Source of the DNA: a virus
Reading direction: 5' to 3' (one strand)
IMG/VR virus record: IMGVR_UViG_3300000557_000001
Length of the DNA stretch: 52,548 nt
This document shows positions 50,295-52,548 of this stretch, piece by piece; the first letter of the stretch is position 1; each line of letters starts with the position of its first letter. The notes below the pieces were generated by a model. That model was not told the origin of the DNA. It did no database searches and was given only the letters and a program-made list of their open reading frames with translations. The position numbers and the translations under genes were made by a program.

Positions 50295-51299
50295 ATGGGT
50301 AAAGGACAATACACAAACGCTGAACTTTTGGCACGTGTTGACGGTGCGTTTAAGGCGATCACAGTTGGCGACTTGGACGAAGGTATTTTAACTCCGGACA
50401 AGTTTGATCAGTTTGTGCGCGTTATTCAGCGGAGGACGCGGATCTTGGATGAAGCTCGGTTTATACCTATGGACAGTCAGCAGGTGGAAATCGACCGTGT
50501 TGGCTTTGTTGGCCGGGTGCTGCGCGCAGGGCTTGAAAGCGATAAAACTTCTCACAAAACGTTGGAGGAAGGCGATCACGTTAAGCCGGAGTTTTGGAAC
50601 AATAAACTTATCGCGCAGGAATTGCAGGCCATTACTGGTATAAAGGATCAGGCTTTAAGGCGGAACATTGAACGCGGCAACTTTGAAGATACGTTGCTGG
50701 ACTTGTTCGGTGAAGCTGCAGGCCGCGACCTTGAGGAATTTAACGTTCGGGCAGATACCGATACTGCTTATGGCACGGACGCCGTTTTAAGCTTGACTGA
50801 CGGCTGGGCAAAGCTTGCGGAGAACCATATTTACGGGCAGAACGGCGACTTTGATCCTTCTGATAGCGATGCTTATCCCGAAAATATGTTTGAAGCGCTG
50901 CTTAGTGCCATTCCTAAAAAGTATCTGCAGAACCGTTCTGAATGGCGTTTTTATGTTGACTGGGACGTGGAAAACGCTTACCGGAACCTCTTGCGTGAGC
51001 GTCAGACCAGCTTGGGTGATGCCGCAACTTTACAGCATCAGGATTTAACTTACAAGGGTATCCCTGTTCGTTATGTTCCTATGCTGGAACGCGATAACGC
51101 TTCTCAAGGCGATATTGCAATGCTGCAGCATCCCGATAACATGGTTTGGGGCTTGTTCCATGAGGTTACGATTGAACGGGATCGGATACCTAAAGAACGG
51201 CGCACGGATTTCGTGTTAACGCTGGAAGGCGACGCTCACTATGAAGATGAAAACGCCGCGGTTGTGGCGCACATCGATAAAAGCTCGCCTGAAAGTTAA
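50295..51299 (+). CDS. Major capsid protein
   Basis: 334 aa; SD GAAAGGAGG; position after the protease/scaffold gene; size and composition typical of HK97-fold capsid proteins. Confidence 0.75.
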   Translation: MGKGQYTNAELLARVDGAFKAITVGDLDEGILTPDKFDQFVRVIQRRTRILDEARFIPMDSQQVEIDRVGFVGRVLRAGLESDKTSHKTLEEGDHVKPEFWNNKLIAQELQAITGIKDQALRRNIERGNFEDTLLDLFGEAAGRDLEEFNVRADTDTAYGTDAVLSLTDGWAKLAENHIYGQNGDFDPSDSDAYPENMFEALLSAIPKKYLQNRSEWRFYVDWDVENAYRNLLRERQTSLGDAATLQHQDLTYKGIPVRYVPMLERDNASQGDIAMLQHPDNMVWGLFHEVTIERDRIPKERRTDFVLTLEGDAHYEDENAAVVAHIDKSSPES

Positions 51300-51318
51300 T
51301 CCATAAAGGAGGGCAACG

Positions 51319-51343
51319 GGGCGGCAGTTAATAGCTGCCGCCC
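51319..51343 (+). terminator. GC hairpin after the capsid gene (attenuator candidate), same palindrome family as 21575-21595
   Basis: GGGCGGCAG-ttaatag-CTGCCGCCC; no U-run. Confidence 0.45.
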
Positions 51344-51353
51344 TTAGCTTAAA

Positions 51354-51803
51354 ATGACAAAAAAACAGTTAAGCAGGGCGGCTTTACCGCTTAAGGACTA
51401 TGAACAAGAGGATTTTGCCGGGCTGCCGCTGGTTAAGGGCATATCTGGCGCGAAAAAAGTTGTTTGTTTTGACCCCGAAGCTGAATTTAATACCAGTTTG
51501 ATTAGAATAGGGCTGCAGCAGTTGGATCGTTGGGAAGTTTTGGTTCCCTTTAGGCGATACAACGAGCTTGCAGTTGATTTTTTTGGGGAAAAAGATCCGG
51601 CCATGAAGCAGGCGTTGGGTGATTTGCGGATACCAGTTTATGATCCGCGGCTGGTTATGCTGCGCGTTAACAATACGACGCGCGCGTTGTGGAAACGTTA
51701 TAATGAGTTAAGCGCAGAATATGACTGGCGGATCGCGTTTCAATTGGCGTTGTGGGAAACAAAGCCGCATTATTATCCGCTTCCGGCAGGTGTTTGGATA
51801 TGA
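51354..51803 (+). CDS. Hypothetical protein
   Basis: 149 aa; no SD adjacent to its ATG (nearest SD is 51305-51313, upstream of the hairpin). Confidence 0.55.
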   Translation: MTKKQLSRAALPLKDYEQEDFAGLPLVKGISGAKKVVCFDPEAEFNTSLIRIGLQQLDRWEVLVPFRRYNELAVDFFGEKDPAMKQALGDLRIPVYDPRLVMLRVNNTTRALWKRYNELSAEYDWRIAFQLALWETKPHYYPLPAGVWI

Positions 51804-52548
51804 GCATAAATCAAGTTATACACGGTGATTGCTTAGAAGTCATGCCATCACTGCCCGATAAAAGTATAGACATGATTTTATGCGATTTACCTTACGGCAC
51901 AACTGCTTGTAAATGGGATAGCATAATACCGTTTGAACCGTTATGGGCAGAATATAAACGGTTGATAAAAGATAATGGTGCGATAGTGTTGACGGCAGAC
52001 CAACCATTTACAAGTGTATTGATAACAAGTAATTTATCTGATTATAAATACCGTTGGGTTTGGGATAAAATGCGGGGCGTTGGACATTTAAACGCAAGGC
52101 ATAGACCAATGATGAGCGCAGAAGACATTTGCGTTTTTTGTGACGGTGTGACAAAATACAACCCACAAATGCGGGAAAGGGAAAACCCCCGTAAAAGTAA
52201 AAACTATGGAACACAAGAATGTTATGGTAAGACAAGAGATATCTTTGACGGTGAGGTTTTAATGGAAAAGCACCCTATCAATATTTTAAGGTTTAGTAAA
52301 TCAGAACAATCAGATATGTTATTACACCCTACACAAAAACCCGTTGCCCTGTTTGAATATCTAATTAAAACCTACACCAATGAAGGTGAAACGGTATTAG
52401 ATAATTGCGCAGGTTCAGGAACAACAGCAATAGCCTGCATAAACACTAACCGCAATTATATCCTAATCGAGAAGTATAAAAAATATGTAGATATGATCAA
52501 CGAGCGAATATCCGAGCACGAACAGCAGGCATCATTATTTGGAGGCGA
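51800..52548 (+). CDS. DNA methyltransferase, beta-class N6-adenine/N4-cytosine type; the ORF runs off the window end and finishes at nt 111 (252 aa in total)
   Basis: ATG 51800 (ATGA overlap); DLPYG (DPPY-type motif IV) early, HPTQKP, DNCAGSGTT (motif I) late; absent from the ORF track because there is no stop before the window end; much lower G+C than neighbours. Confidence 0.9.
   Translation, partial: MSINQVIHGDCLEVMPSLPDKSIDMILCDLPYGTTACKWDSIIPFEPLWAEYKRLIKDNGAIVLTADQPFTSVLITSNLSDYKYRWVWDKMRGVGHLNARHRPMMSAEDICVFCDGVTKYNPQMRERENPRKSKNYGTQECYGKTRDIFDGEVLMEKHPINILRFSKSEQSDMLLHPTQKPVALFEYLIKTYTNEGETVLDNCAGSGTTAIACINTNRNYILIEKYKKYVDMINERISEHEQQASLFGG
52448..52548. repeat. Second copy of the 101-nt terminal overlap
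   Basis: Identical string to nt 1-101. Confidence 0.95.

Overview
The window is a complete, circularly closed genome (about 52,447 unique bp; nt 1-101 are repeated at 52448-52548) of a siphovirus-type tailed dsDNA phage. Expression signals look Firmicutes-like: strong GGAGG-type Shine-Dalgarno sites 5-10 nt before ATG/GTG/TTG starts, and an XhlA-like protein next to an amidase-SPOR endolysin. All credible genes are on the + strand; the minus-strand ORFs in the track look like antisense shadows. Gene order, starting at 43843: (1) packaging and head genes (small and large terminase, portal, Mu F-like, XkdF-like protease/scaffold, major capsid at 50295). (2) An insertion-rich stretch between capsid and connectors: a low-GC DNA methyltransferase cassette (51800 wrapping to 111), a SAM methyltransferase, a two-domain glycosyltransferase and a C2H2 zinc-finger protein. 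(3) Connectors and tail (2690-11657): tail tube, chaperone pair, tape measure, Dit, and a 1001-aa Tal with LamG and beta-helix domains. (4) Lysis genes (12088-13463). (5) A post-lysis accessory block: a metallophosphoesterase-LamG giant, a protein of about 23 x 20-aa Ala/Gly repeats, a nucleoside deoxyribosyltransferase-like protein, an HTH-phosphoesterase and an LL-H-like holin, closed by a strong terminator at 20967. (6) An early region from a sigma70-like promoter (21201), with a T-poor 0.33-kb leader, three type II hammerhead ribozyme candidates, an amidoligase and a gamma-glutamylcyclotransferase-like gene. (7) A replication module: XRE, DUF932-like, SNF2 helicase, primase-helicase, iteron origin (33319-33598), VRR-NUC and a guanylate-kinase-like protein. 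(8) A DNA-modification island: MT-A70 methylase, a ParB/methylase/PP-loop fusion behind a promoter-terminator leader, and a Mom-like GNAT-fold candidate. It is followed by a tRNA-like element, a 50-aa Cys-rich peptide and an S8 protease. A 77-nt RNA gene resembling the tRNA-like domain of tmRNA sits at 48467. GATC is visibly over-represented everywhere except in the low-GC cassette. I saw no integrase, CRISPR array or rRNA. All family names come from motifs recognised by eye, not from database searches.
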